NCBI GenBank assembly: GCA_008690995.1
Contig: VRMN01000003.1
Span: 2,170,001-2,234,000 of the forward strand
Origin: Porphyridium purpureum
Lineage: Eukaryota
Direction of reading: 5' to 3'
DNA: 64,000 nucleotides
Numbering within the stretch: position 1 is the first letter of the stretch; each line of letters opens with the position of its first letter. The position numbers and the translations under genes were made by a program. The notes beneath the pieces were generated by a model. That model saw nothing but the letters and a program-made list of their open reading frames with translations. It made no database searches and was not told the origin of the DNA. Shown piece by piece: positions 45,312 through 55,417 of the stretch.

Positions 45312-46406
45312 ATGCTGCGTCGAGAGGGGATGCAAGGCGTAGCTCGCGTCAGGAGCATGCGTGGAGTGAGCACGTCACACGGTAGATGGGCTTCGTGGCA
45401 CCGGCGAGGCGCGGGCACGCCCGAAGGATTGGAGCGGCGGCAATTTAAGAGTGGAACGGCTTCCGGTTTGTGCGGAAGTCTGCGAAGAGACGCGAGGCAG
45501 TGGGCGAGCACGACACCTCCTTTCGTGCGAAGTTACGGAGGCTTACGTGCTACCGTGCCTGTATGTGATGAAAAAGACGGTGGAGACGCCGAGTTTGATG
45601 AACTGATGGACGGTATCGCGGATTACGATGCTGCCGAGGAGGCGGTTGTTCAAGAGGTCCGAACCGTTTCGGAGGATCAGATCACGCCCGTGATGGCCGC
45701 GTCGATGGTGGATAAGCTTGTGCAGGGCTCATCTGCGCAGATTCTGCAGCAAGAAGTGGTTGGGTACGACTTCTCTCGCATCCAGGTGACGCCTGCATTT
45801 TTGCATGTCATGGCGTGCACAAAGATCACGACCTTCCTCATAGTTTCCAACTTGGACTTTATGGGCGCACATCCAGCCGACAAAAGGGCCAAGGCCGAGC
45901 TACATTACGCTCGTCTGGGCCTTCCGGGTTCGGTGAATCGCGCACTAGAACTGATTGCTGGTCCGTATTGCCGGGACCACGAAACAATCGTGATGTCCTG
46001 CCTACGTTTTCGGTCTAGTTTGGAGAATCGGATGTATCTGCTGCAAAGACTGACTCAGATGGTCGAACAAGCCAAGCTGGCGGTCGGGTATCACGAGCGC
46101 TACCCTGCTTCCGATCCGCACAAGGAAAATCTCGCGTTTGGGGACTTGGAATCAGCGACGCAGTACTTGAAAGACAACGTGCACTTTTCGAACAATGGCG
46201 AGGTGGCACAGGTCATGGAAAGGTACATGATGTTGGAGCAGGAGGCGATCGAGAACGAGGTGAGCACATCATTCAGAAAGCAGGTCTTGGATGACACCAA
46301 GGCGTTCAAGAAGGAGCGGAAGTTGTACGTGAAGGAAATGCAAGATCTGGCAGGTGAATTGGACAAAGCGAGCTCGACCCAGGACTTTCTGGAAACTCTT
46401 CGATAA
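45312..46406 (+). CDS. Probable mitochondrial ribosomal protein mS35 (Rsm24/MRP-S28 domain)
   Basis: Arg-rich presequence. HPADKRAKAEL...LIAGPY...IVMSCLRF...ENRMYL matches my recollection of the MRP-S28 core pattern. Confidence 0.68.
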   Translation: MLRREGMQGVARVRSMRGVSTSHGRWASWHRRGAGTPEGLERRQFKSGTASGLCGSLRRDARQWASTTPPFVRSYGGLRATVPVCDEKDGGDAEFDELMDGIADYDAAEEAVVQEVRTVSEDQITPVMAASMVDKLVQGSSAQILQQEVVGYDFSRIQVTPAFLHVMACTKITTFLIVSNLDFMGAHPADKRAKAELHYARLGLPGSVNRALELIAGPYCRDHETIVMSCLRFRSSLENRMYLLQRLTQMVEQAKLAVGYHERYPASDPHKENLAFGDLESATQYLKDNVHFSNNGEVAQVMERYMMLEQEAIENEVSTSFRKQVLDDTKAFKKERKLYVKEMQDLAGELDKASSTQDFLETLR

Positions 46407-46632
46407 GTAGGGAAAGGGTGGCTAGATACTTTGTGCCGGGCCATGAGTTGGCCAATGCAGTAGTCTGAGCGCCGTCGTTCGTGATATAAAAGCATGCGCC
46501 TTTTCCGCTCACTATTTTTCTCGATAGGAAGGTCCGATGGGGATGTGAGAACGCGCCGATGAGGCGCTGATAGCTCCTCAAAATGTAAGATCTACCACCC
46601 TTTTCCTTTTCTTCAAGAATTATAATACGGTG

Positions 46633-48561
46633 TTAGTCGGAATCATCGCTCCCCGCTAGCAGTCGGAGTAGCGCTTCTCCATCGTTTTCAGCATCGGACC
46701 TGTCGTTCTTTTGCGAGCCGCCTTTAACCTCCACATCCTCATCTGAGTCCTCTACGAGATCCTCACTTTCTGATCCAGACTCAACACGACCGTGTGTGGA
46801 GCGCTCGTCCGCTGAATCATCAGCATCTGTGCCAGATCCGGATCCTGATGCTGATCCTGATGCTGATGCTGATCCTGATGCTGATGCTGATCCTGATGCT
46901 GGCCTGGCAGCATTTTCGGCGTCACTTTCGCGCCGGAGTCGCTTTGACTTTCGTGTGGGCTCTTGCGTTCGCAAAGGATTTTCATCCCCTTGCCAGCTAT
47001 CCCTCCCACTGTCGTCAGAGCTTGAATCACTGTCCGCTGTATGTTCCCATGATCGCTTCATCACGTCAATGAACTCTCGATCCTTAGCCGCTTCGCTGTA
47101 GTTCACCGCGGACCGCGAGCGCCGGCTTCGGCGTTCGCCCATCGCCAGAAGCTGCAGACGTTGCATTTCCTTTTGCTGGCTGCGCTCTTCTGCTTTCCGC
47201 AGCTGCACGACGCGGTTCTCGAGCTCAATGGCGCGGGGTTTGAGCTTACCGCCCAATAGCCGCTCCCGGATACACTGCTTGTCTTCATTGTTACACAACG
47301 CATTGACCAGCTGCTCGTACTCTTGCGGGTTCTGGCTCTTCAAGTGAATGAGAGGCGCGTACACATTGTCACCGCCCCTCATCGATTTGTAGTGCTTGTT
47401 CGCAAGCACAAAGGTTGACAACGCGCCTTCGTCCAGTGGATTCGCGGGTACAAAATAACGCATCTTGTTCGAGTCCGATCCTATCGACTGAAGACGAATA
47501 CCCGAGTGCTCGAGACAAGTCTTACCCGAATTTTGGTTCTTGGAAACATTGATCATGGTCTTTGGAGGAAGCGGTGCGTTTTCCATTTCTTTGATGTATT
47601 CGCGCACCGCCTCGCTGTTTTCCGCCGCCAAATCCACCAAAAGCAGCAGCAGCGCCGACCTTGCGTCACTAGAGAGCCCAAAATATGCCCTGGAGATCGC
47701 ATCCGGACTCTCCCTCTCTGACTGAAGAAAAGAATGCAGCTCTGTGAACAGTTCTGTACCGTGCTCGTGCGTGCACTGCAAAATCCCGCCGCAACACACA
47801 ATGTCGCAGCACGCTTGTAGTTCGTCCTCGGCGTGCGCGGTGACCAAATCTACCAGTGCGACCTCCCACGATTTCGTTTTCGACGACTTGGCCGAGTCGT
47901 CAGACGCCGCATGCCATCGGGAGAGCGCCTTTATCACATTGATGGCGTTTCGATAGTCCTTGTCGGCGTCCAGACTCATTCTTACGCTGTACGACGATTC
48001 GGGCGGCAGAGTTGGGCGGCATGGAGTTTCTAGCAGAGCGGCCCGGAGCTTGCGCACATCTTCAAACAGCAAACTTGACAGGCGAAGCGGCTTTCGAAAG
48101 ACAGTCAAAAAATGCACCACGGCGCTCAGTGCAAACGTCTTGTCGGTCTGGCACGATATGTGGACAGCACCTGCCGTGTCCTGGGCCTCGTTGTGTTGAT
48201 CCTGCTGGTACTCGCGCTGAAGGCGTTCCGTGCTGATGCCTTGCACCGGCTGATCCTCGCGTTTCGGCTGCGTGGCCGCCGTCGCTGCCGACCCTCGATT
48301 GGCTTGTCGCGCGGGCACTGCCGCCACATCTTTGCTCGGTTCCTCTCGCTGCCGAAAAAACTCATCGACGCGGCGCTGGCCGGCCGCGTTTGCATGCGCG
48401 GCAACTGCGCCTCTCGGCCGGCCGACGGGCCTGCCCTCCTGCTTGTTCTGTCCCATTGCGAGCTGCGCCGCATCCCCGACCACCATCACCTGCTGCACCA
48501 TATCCACTGCGCCTCGCGACCCAACCACCCTCTTGCGCATGGCGTGCACGCTCCCACTCAT
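46633..48561 (-). CDS. DDT/WHIM-type ISWI chromatin-remodelling accessory protein
   Basis: DDT-like ALSAVVHFLTVFRKPLRL, WHIM1-like YFGLSSDARSALLLLLVD...SEAVREYI, WHIM2/WSD-like IRLQSIGSDSNKMRYF, acidic tail. Start at 48561 or 48660. Confidence 0.62.
   Translation of the reverse strand: MSGSVHAMRKRVVGSRGAVDMVQQVMVVGDAAQLAMGQNKQEGRPVGRPRGAVAAHANAAGQRRVDEFFRQREEPSKDVAAVPARQANRGSAATAATQPKREDQPVQGISTERLQREYQQDQHNEAQDTAGAVHISCQTDKTFALSAVVHFLTVFRKPLRLSSLLFEDVRKLRAALLETPCRPTLPPESSYSVRMSLDADKDYRNAINVIKALSRWHAASDDSAKSSKTKSWEVALVDLVTAHAEDELQACCDIVCCGGILQCTHEHGTELFTELHSFLQSERESPDAISRAYFGLSSDARSALLLLLVDLAAENSEAVREYIKEMENAPLPPKTMINVSKNQNSGKTCLEHSGIRLQSIGSDSNKMRYFVPANPLDEGALSTFVLANKHYKSMRGGDNVYAPLIHLKSQNPQEYEQLVNALCNNEDKQCIRERLLGGKLKPRAIELENRVVQLRKAEERSQQKEMQRLQLLAMGERRSRRSRSAVNYSEAAKDREFIDVMKRSWEHTADSDSSSDDSGRDSWQGDENPLRTQEPTRKSKRLRRESDAENAARPASGSASASGSASASGSASGSGSGTDADDSADERSTHGRVESGSESEDLVEDSDEDVEVKGGSQKNDRSDAENDGEALLRLLAGSDDSD
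46841..46900. repeat. 6-bp coding tandem repeat (GAT[C/G]CT)n encoding SASASG
   Basis: gatcctgatgctgatcctgatgctgatgct... Confidence 0.85.
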
Positions 48562-48882
48562 CCGCCCACCCGCCTCCCTCCCCTTCGCCCCATCCCCGAC
48601 CACCGCACGCAACCCCCCACCCTTTCCCCCTTTCCCTCTTCCCTCTGCTTCCGCACCCATCGCGCGCGTTGGGGTCCAAGCGAAAAACAAAACAAACCGC
48701 GCACAGCTTTTGGATGCGGCGCAGCGCAGCGCCGTTTTTTGGCGCGAGTGCGTGTGCACGCGTGGGTGTCCCACATTCGTTTGCCATCCCGCACACCGCG
48801 CACGCGCGCGCAGAACAGCGCCGTTTGATTGTGAGCGCGTGATGCGCCGCAGAAGGAACAGGCGCTGCGCAATAATCCAGTA

Positions 48883-48933
48883 GACCGATAGACCGATGGA
48901 CCGATGGACCGATGGACCGTTAGACCGATGGAC
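48883..48933. repeat. 8-bp tandem repeat (GACCGATR) x6 in a divergent promoter
   Basis: GACCGATA GACCGATG GACCGATG GACCGATG GACCGTTA GACCGATG GAC. Confidence 0.85.
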
Positions 48934-49020
48934 ATTGTAGACTTGGCGAGACGCGAGGTTGGGTGAGAGATGTAGGGGTGGTTGGGTGCCGCCGTGGCGG
49001 GACAGGAGGTTGTGGGTGTG

Positions 49021-49602
49021 ATGTTTGTGCTGGTGGAGGTGGAGGATACGATTCGCGTGCCGCCGCGAGATTTCGGCGCGGGCGTGTACAGCGCGCTGGA
49101 AAAGCAGGTGAATCGGGTGTGGGCGGGGCGCGTCGTCGCGCCGCACGGCGTTTGCGTGCGCTTGTGGGACTGGGTGCGCAAGGAGGAGGACCGCATTGTG
49201 CACAATGATGGCAGCTCGTACACAACGTGCCGCTTCCGCCTGCTCGTCTTCTCGCCGATGCCGGGCGAGGTGCTCAACACAAGAGTGCTTGCCTCGGATA
49301 AGGACGGCGTGCGGCTCGAGCTCGATTTCTTCAACCATATTTACGTCGTACCAGACGCACTGCCCACGCCTAGCCATTTCAATCAGCAGGAGCGTGCGTG
49401 GGTCTGGGAATATACAAGTGAGACACAGCTCGTCTTTGAGCCAGATGCCAACGTACGCTGTAAGGTCAAGGACGTGCAATACCGCGACAAGGACGACGCG
49501 TCCATCCAAGCGTACTTGCCGCGTATGTTTCTGTACGCCGAGATGCGCACAGAAGGTATGGGCGACACCAGCTGGTGGGAGGGCCAAGATGGGGACGAGT
49601 GA
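49021..49602 (+). CDS. RPC8: RNA polymerase III subunit RPC8/RPC25 (Rpb7-like)
   Basis: MFVLVEVEDTIRVPP, GVCVRLWD, DGSSY...FRLLVFSP..GEVL, LDFFNHIYV and C-terminal G.G..SWW. Confidence 0.9.
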   Translation: MFVLVEVEDTIRVPPRDFGAGVYSALEKQVNRVWAGRVVAPHGVCVRLWDWVRKEEDRIVHNDGSSYTTCRFRLLVFSPMPGEVLNTRVLASDKDGVRLELDFFNHIYVVPDALPTPSHFNQQERAWVWEYTSETQLVFEPDANVRCKVKDVQYRDKDDASIQAYLPRMFLYAEMRTEGMGDTSWWEGQDGDE

Positions 49603-49662
49603 GCCTCGTATCTCGCGTAAGGCTACACTTGGAAAAGAAGGACTCCAACAACATAATTTTGA

Positions 49663-51249
49663 TTACGATTCTTCCGACCTATTTTCGTCCTCGGTCTCGT
49701 TCAGCAAACCGGCGAACGGAATGGCAATGAGCGAGCTAAACACGCACGTTGTGACAAGCCACGGCAAGTTTTCAAAGTTACTTTCGGTGACATGAAACGC
49801 GCTCGTGACCAGCGCGCCGAGCTCCGAGCCAGTGACCGAGGCCGCGTTGTAGATGGACATTAGCGTCGCAAACAACGTGCCCTCCACCCCTGGTGGGCAA
49901 ATGCGCGCGGCAAGAACCAGCACGGGCATGAAGCTGACTTGCGCGAGCACTGTAAGCACGGCCGAGTCGCTGAGCGCAAATAACTTGTCCTCGATGCCCA
50001 GCACACGATTGTAGTGTGTGACCAGGACAAGCTGCGTCAAGCCTAGCGGCACAGACAACAGGGTTGCTCCAACCAGCACATTCTTGATGGGTGCTGATGA
50101 TAAGAACTTTTGAAACAGAAGCACGCCCATCAGCGAAGCGATGGACGAGACGAGCCTCACACGGCCTAAGAATTCCGGACCCATGTGCAGCTCACTTGTC
50201 TGGAAGAAAAACATGGCCGACTCGGCGCTCGGAGTCGCCTGCCACAGGAATAAAAAGAGCGTTGGCTTCCACACCCTGGGGCTCTGAATCGCGCCCCACA
50301 GCATCTTGGCCTGCCGCAACGCCATGTCCGGTAACGACTGGCTTTCTGATGAGGCGGCTGTGACTGGGATCACGCGTTCTTCCTTGATTAAAAGCGACGC
50401 GCCGGCTGCCAACATCGGAAGCACCGCGGACAGCAAGAAAACCTGTTGTGGAGTGATCACTTCCAGCAGCGAACCTGAAAAGTAAGCAGACAGCAGACCA
50501 CCCACGGCGGACGATCCCCAGCACAAGGACTGAAGTGTTCCTGCAGTTTCACTCGACTCGCTCCGCGCGCGCTCCACCACCATGGAGTCTGCCACCACGT
50601 CGGCGACGGCGACGGACATTGACGCCGACACCAGCAGCACGGATGCCTGGGAGGCCGAAATGCCGGGCAGCAGGCCAAAGGTACCCCAGCTTGCAGCTCC
50701 CAGCACGCCTGCAATCAGCAAGTAGGAGCGGCGCCGATACCCAAACACGGGCAGCGAGTCCGTAAAGAACCCATACACTGGCTTAATCATCCAAGGCACA
50801 ATTGAGAGACCCATGATCGCCGACACTGTGCTGGGGCCGAGCTGAAGCTGGTCCTTGAGGAAGAACGACACCGCGAGTCGCGAAATGCCCAGCACGCCCT
50901 GCACAAAATAAACCAGCAAGATCGCGACGAGCTCGGGCGGGTACTTTTCGCGCAACACGCGCAGCATATTCTGCCATTCTGCCGGATTGAAATGACCCGC
51001 TCCAGCACGCAGGACGGGCGGAGATGCCTGACTGGCTTCATCCAAGTCCTGTACCGCGGCCTGCTTCTGCGCAGACTCTTGTGTCTCGGCGTCACTTTTC
51101 ACCCGACACCGTTGCCGCCCGCTACGCACCGCATGGCGTCGACTCTGGCGCGTTTCCACATGGCACGCAGACCCGCGCACCGCGTTGAGCCCATCTGTCG
51201 GCCGACGTATCGACGCCACGTCTCCTACACATCCTGGAACCCACGCCAT
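49663..51249 (-). CDS. Folate-biopterin transporter (BT1/FBT family, MFS), plastid-type
   Basis: VYFVQGVLGISRLAVSFFLKD, PWMIKPVYGF.TDSLP.FGYRRRSY, DVVADSMVVE, LAARICPPGVEGTLFATLMS. Confidence 0.93.
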   Translation of the reverse strand: MAWVPGCVGDVASIRRPTDGLNAVRGSACHVETRQSRRHAVRSGRQRCRVKSDAETQESAQKQAAVQDLDEASQASPPVLRAGAGHFNPAEWQNMLRVLREKYPPELVAILLVYFVQGVLGISRLAVSFFLKDQLQLGPSTVSAIMGLSIVPWMIKPVYGFFTDSLPVFGYRRRSYLLIAGVLGAASWGTFGLLPGISASQASVLLVSASMSVAVADVVADSMVVERARSESSETAGTLQSLCWGSSAVGGLLSAYFSGSLLEVITPQQVFLLSAVLPMLAAGASLLIKEERVIPVTAASSESQSLPDMALRQAKMLWGAIQSPRVWKPTLFLFLWQATPSAESAMFFFQTSELHMGPEFLGRVRLVSSIASLMGVLLFQKFLSSAPIKNVLVGATLLSVPLGLTQLVLVTHYNRVLGIEDKLFALSDSAVLTVLAQVSFMPVLVLAARICPPGVEGTLFATLMSIYNAASVTGSELGALVTSAFHVTESNFENLPWLVTTCVFSSLIAIPFAGLLNETEDENRSEES

Positions 51250-51370
51250 TCATCCCCCTATCCATCAATCCTTCCCGCTCTCTGCTCTCCACAACTTCAC
51301 TATCGGCTCCGTCACCATCCACCGCAAGTACAGCAAGTACAGCGAGTAAGTACAGCCTGTACTTTAAATT

Positions 51371-51697
51371 TGTTGCAGGTACCAAGTTAAACACCAAACT
51401 TTCTTACCTTTTTTTTTTTTTTTTTTTTTTTTTAAACACCAAACTTTCTTACCTTTTTTTTTTCTTCTGACTGAGACCGTCACGCAACCCGCTCCCCATT
51501 TTATACCCTTCACAAGACTCCAAGTCTTTCACATTTGACGTGCCTGACCGCACGGAAAATCGCCATTCCTCACTGACGCACCGCGCCAATGCGCCCTTCC
51601 AGAGCATCCTCCGAACGGCGCACTCTTTTAACTACCTCGCGCTCCAACTCACCTTCAGCGCGTCGCTTTTCGAGCGCTCCAGTAATTGCCTGTAACA
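51371..51697 (-). repeat. Gypsy 3' LTR (327 bp, carries a 45-bp internal duplication)
   Basis: Direct repeat of 56573-56854 with TG...CA ends. Confidence 0.93.
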
Positions 51698-54600
51698 CTT
51701 GGTGCTCGCGACCAGCTCCCGTTCCGGTGTTTTCTTGCTGCTCTTGTCGTTGCGCACGATCTGACAATTCTTGACGTAACAATGTCAGAATGACTGGTGG
51801 CAATTGCTCTTCGTCCACCCATACTGGACCCGCGGCCCCCAGGCGCACCAACAACTTCATTTTCTCCCCTGCGGTATTTACCTCCACAATTTTCCGCAAA
51901 AGCACTCTGGTATCGGGAAACACTCCCGAAATGGCGGGATTGAGTGTGCTCTCTCGCACCGACGGGCTTATCACCGCTAATCTGTTTAAATGACTGCGCG
52001 CAATGCTTCCATCCTTCTCTGACTCCAGAATCACGTTATTCCATCTTGTATATTCTTTGATCCGGTACGGTCCTCGCCATGGTTGCCGTAGTTTTCTGCC
52101 CAATCCCGCTGTCATCGGCGGATCGAATACCAATACTCGTCGGCCAGGCACCAGACCAAAGTCCGCTATGCGGGCATTGTACCAACGTTCAACTTGCGCC
52201 CGGCGATGAGCCGTGTTTGTATTCATCAGTTCGTGCAGTTTCCTTAATGCCTGCTCGATATTCAATTCCGCCGCCACCTGTTCCTCTCCCACGAAAAGGA
52301 TATCTCGGTCCAATTCGGGTGCTGGTGTTCCAAACATAGCTTGGAAGGGCGTTACTCCCGTAGTGTCATGAAAGCTTGTATTGTATGCATAAGTGGCCAT
52401 TGCCACGTGCCGATCCCATGCCTTTTCTGTCGTAGTGATGCGCGCTCGAATTTCGCTCATGATCGTACGGTTAAATCGTTCGACCATGCCGTTTCCCTCC
52501 GGGTGGTATGGACTTGTGTAAATCCTACGTATTCCCATACTAGCACATATGCTTTCGATGACCTCACTTAGAAAGGTCACACCTCTATCACTTAGCAAAC
52601 GCTCCGGCGCCCCAAAGCGAAAGACCCATCCTTCAAGAAATGCGTTGGCTACAGAGTCAATTGACTCATCCTTGAGTGGGACGCAAGCAACATATCTGGT
52701 AAACAGATCAATCATGACCAAGATCTTCTTGTTTCCATCGGCGCTCGTCGGGGACACGGTCAGAATGTCCATCGCTACGATCTCAAACCTTCTTACGGGT
52801 ATCCACGGGGCTAAGATTCCCTTGACTCGTCGCGGCATCTTTGGCAAACGCTCAATCGCACAGTGCACGCACCGTTCCAAGAAAGCCACTATAGACTCGC
52901 GCATCTTCGGCCACCAGAACTTCCCCTTCAACCTTCGTAACATTCTTTCGCGGCCGAAGTGACCAGCCCAAGCAGGGCCGTGAAAATATCCAAGCACACG
53001 TGGGACCAAAACTTGAGGTACCCACACTGCTTCTTCATCGCCTTCTTTGCGTACCACGAGACCTAGTTCGTTTTGAGAAAAGTCATTCATATCGCTGCTC
53101 CAATTGGGTAGCTCTTGCTCACGTGCCGCCTTTTGCGATTCTACCAGTTCTTGTACCGACGGTAAGCCCATCCTGGGCTGATCTATTTCATCCACTGTGT
53201 CACTGTCATCCTCACCTGCCACATCACGACTCAGGCAGTCTGGAGCCTCCATGTTTGCTCCCGCCTGATACTTTACCGCGAAGGACTGCTCCTGCAGCTC
53301 CAAAAGCCACCGAGCAAGCCTTCCCGAAGGTGCCTTTTGACGAAGTAGCCAGCTCAATGCTTGATGATCAGTAATATATTCGACATGCTCTCCATGCATT
53401 AAGTGTCTCAGCTTCCTAGCACAGTGCAGAATCGCCAGGAGTTCTTTCTCAGAAACCGTGTAATTGACTTCCGCTCCCTTCAGACGGCGGCTTACGTATG
53501 CCACTGGACGCCATCCACCGCCCTCATCCTCCTGCATTAAGACACCACCAATCGCCACAACCGAAGCGTCAGTATACAGTCGCTTTTTTCTGAACGGTAT
53601 TGGCGCAGCTAGGACCTCTGCGCTGACGAGTGCCTCTTTGAGCTGATGCCATGCATTTCGCTGATTGTCTCCCCAGCGTCGGTCAAAATCCCGGACAACC
53701 ACAGGAGTATACTTGCTTTTCTTCTTCGCATTCCAGCCGGTACCTTTCAACACATCATACAAAGGCACTGCTATGTCTGCGTATCTAGGTATGTGGTTCG
53801 AGAACCAATTTGTCAGACCGAGAAAGCGGACTAAAGCTGCCGCATTATGTGGCTCCACCAACCGGCGAATATCTTCAACATGCTTTTCACTCGGTCTGAT
53901 CTCACCGTACTTCACATGATGACCAAGAACTTCAACTTCATTCACCCCAAAACGACATTTTGACAGATTCAAACGCGCCCCGGCATTTTTCATGTGCTCC
54001 AATGCACAGCTCAAAAGCTTCACGTGTTCCTCTTCGCTGCTACTTGCCAAATACATGTCATCTTGGTAATTAATGGCTTGCCCCGCAAACGGCCGCAGCA
54101 AGTTATCGCTGGCCCTCTGCATGACAAAGGGAGATGTCACAAGACCTTGTGGAACCTTACAATACTGCACCAATCCGGCTGCAGTTTTGACTGCCGTTAA
54201 GTGTCGGCAATCTGGCGCGAGCGACACATTGAAGAATCCATCCTTGAGATCTAGAGCCGTATATACTCGCTGACGTGCCAAAAACTCCACCACTTCTGCA
54301 ACATCCCGCAGTGGGTAAGTTTCTTGTCTGATGCACTGGTTAAGCCCGCGGAAGTCTGTGGTCATCCTGACCCTTCCGTCTTTTTTCTTGACAAAGACGT
54401 TCTGTGCACCCCACTCCGAGGCTGGACAGAACTCCAAGTTTCCTGCTCGTATGTGTCGAGCCACTTCGGCTTTTTCTAGAGCATTTTCTGATACGGTCCT
54501 ACGATACTCCTTCACATTGACTGGAACCGCGTCAGGCTTAAGCAATATTTTGTATTTTTCACCCCGGATACACCCACTACCGACAAAGACATCGGCATGC

Positions 54601-55397
54601 TGCTTCAGAATCTCCCGGACTCTCTCCGAACTTTCTCCCATTCCTTGAAGATTCAACGAAGCAATTTCCCGTAAGACCGACGTCTTCTCTTGCTGTAAGG
54701 CATCGGTCTGTACTTCATCAACACTATCGGTAGTCCAAGCGGGCTGATTTGGATTGAAGGGGATACACACGGATGACCCATTCGAACGGACACACGAAAC
54801 TCGCTCCTTCTCGAAGTCAATACTGGCTCGATACTTTTTCAGAAAGTTCCTTCCGATCAAGAGCCCCGACTTCAACACAGGTAGAACCTGCACAGCTTCA
54901 CGTGATACCGAGAAGCCAGGAATTTTCATACACAGCTGCCCGCCGTATCCTTCAGCCATCGTACGGCCATCTGGTGCCAAGGTTAAAAGTCTACCCACAC
55001 CTATAGGACGACTTTCGCCTTCTAATTCTGCAAAAAGTCCGTGATCGATAAATGCTGGCCCAGCCCCAGTGTCTACCTTTGCTTTACATGAAATATCTCC
55101 GCGCGAGGTTGGCACAGTCACAGGCATGAAAATCGGAGGCTGTTCACCAGCTTCATGCACAGCTGTTCCCGTGTATACCGGCATCAGTTCTTCCAAACTT
55201 TTCAACTCGTTTTGTTCCACCTTGCTGTTTCCGACATCACCCCCTTCAATGTCATCCACTATTGTGGAATACGCCACATCATACTCGGATTCTGCTTCAT
55301 TCCAGGATTCAAGGTCAATTTGGTCAATTGCTTCGCCTTCACCCAAGTCTAGTTCATGCATTCTCTCTTTGCGTAATACATTTTCGAACGCCTCCAT
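51570..55397 (-). CDS. pol: Gypsy Pol (protease, RT, RNase H, integrase, chromodomain-like tail), reached by a -1 frameshift
   Basis: VDTGA; LDLKDGF, YQDD; YTDAS, EKELLA, TDH; H..H..CVHC, D-D-E (MDIL, SDRG, MVER); GPY. Uninterrupted ORF that ends inside the 3' LTR. Confidence 0.95.
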   Translation of the reverse strand: MEAFENVLRKERMHELDLGEGEAIDQIDLESWNEAESEYDVAYSTIVDDIEGGDVGNSKVEQNELKSLEELMPVYTGTAVHEAGEQPPIFMPVTVPTSRGDISCKAKVDTGAGPAFIDHGLFAELEGESRPIGVGRLLTLAPDGRTMAEGYGGQLCMKIPGFSVSREAVQVLPVLKSGLLIGRNFLKKYRASIDFEKERVSCVRSNGSSVCIPFNPNQPAWTTDSVDEVQTDALQQEKTSVLREIASLNLQGMGESSERVREILKQHADVFVGSGCIRGEKYKILLKPDAVPVNVKEYRRTVSENALEKAEVARHIRAGNLEFCPASEWGAQNVFVKKKDGRVRMTTDFRGLNQCIRQETYPLRDVAEVVEFLARQRVYTALDLKDGFFNVSLAPDCRHLTAVKTAAGLVQYCKVPQGLVTSPFVMQRASDNLLRPFAGQAINYQDDMYLASSSEEEHVKLLSCALEHMKNAGARLNLSKCRFGVNEVEVLGHHVKYGEIRPSEKHVEDIRRLVEPHNAAALVRFLGLTNWFSNHIPRYADIAVPLYDVLKGTGWNAKKKSKYTPVVVRDFDRRWGDNQRNAWHQLKEALVSAEVLAAPIPFRKKRLYTDASVVAIGGVLMQEDEGGGWRPVAYVSRRLKGAEVNYTVSEKELLAILHCARKLRHLMHGEHVEYITDHQALSWLLRQKAPSGRLARWLLELQEQSFAVKYQAGANMEAPDCLSRDVAGEDDSDTVDEIDQPRMGLPSVQELVESQKAAREQELPNWSSDMNDFSQNELGLVVRKEGDEEAVWVPQVLVPRVLGYFHGPAWAGHFGRERMLRRLKGKFWWPKMRESIVAFLERCVHCAIERLPKMPRRVKGILAPWIPVRRFEIVAMDILTVSPTSADGNKKILVMIDLFTRYVACVPLKDESIDSVANAFLEGWVFRFGAPERLLSDRGVTFLSEVIESICASMGIRRIYTSPYHPEGNGMVERFNRTIMSEIRARITTTEKAWDRHVAMATYAYNTSFHDTTGVTPFQAMFGTPAPELDRDILFVGEEQVAAELNIEQALRKLHELMNTNTAHRRAQVERWYNARIADFGLVPGRRVLVFDPPMTAGLGRKLRQPWRGPYRIKEYTRWNNVILESEKDGSIARSHLNRLAVISPSVRESTLNPAISGVFPDTRVLLRKIVEVNTAGEKMKLLVRLGAAGPVWVDEEQLPPVILTLLRQELSDRAQRQEQQENTGTGAGREHQVLQAITGALEKRRAEGELEREVVKRVRRSEDALEGRIGAVRQ

Positions 55398-55417
55398 CGG
55401 GGGTCCCCGTCCCGCTC

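Noticed and set aside
48883..48933. CRISPR-like array
   Set aside because: 8-bp tandem units without spacers, no cas genes, eukaryotic context.
48661..49587. N-terminal third of the 984-aa minus-strand ORF
   Set aside because: Overlaps RPC8 antisense and the promoter repeat; the real gene most likely starts at 48561 or 48660.
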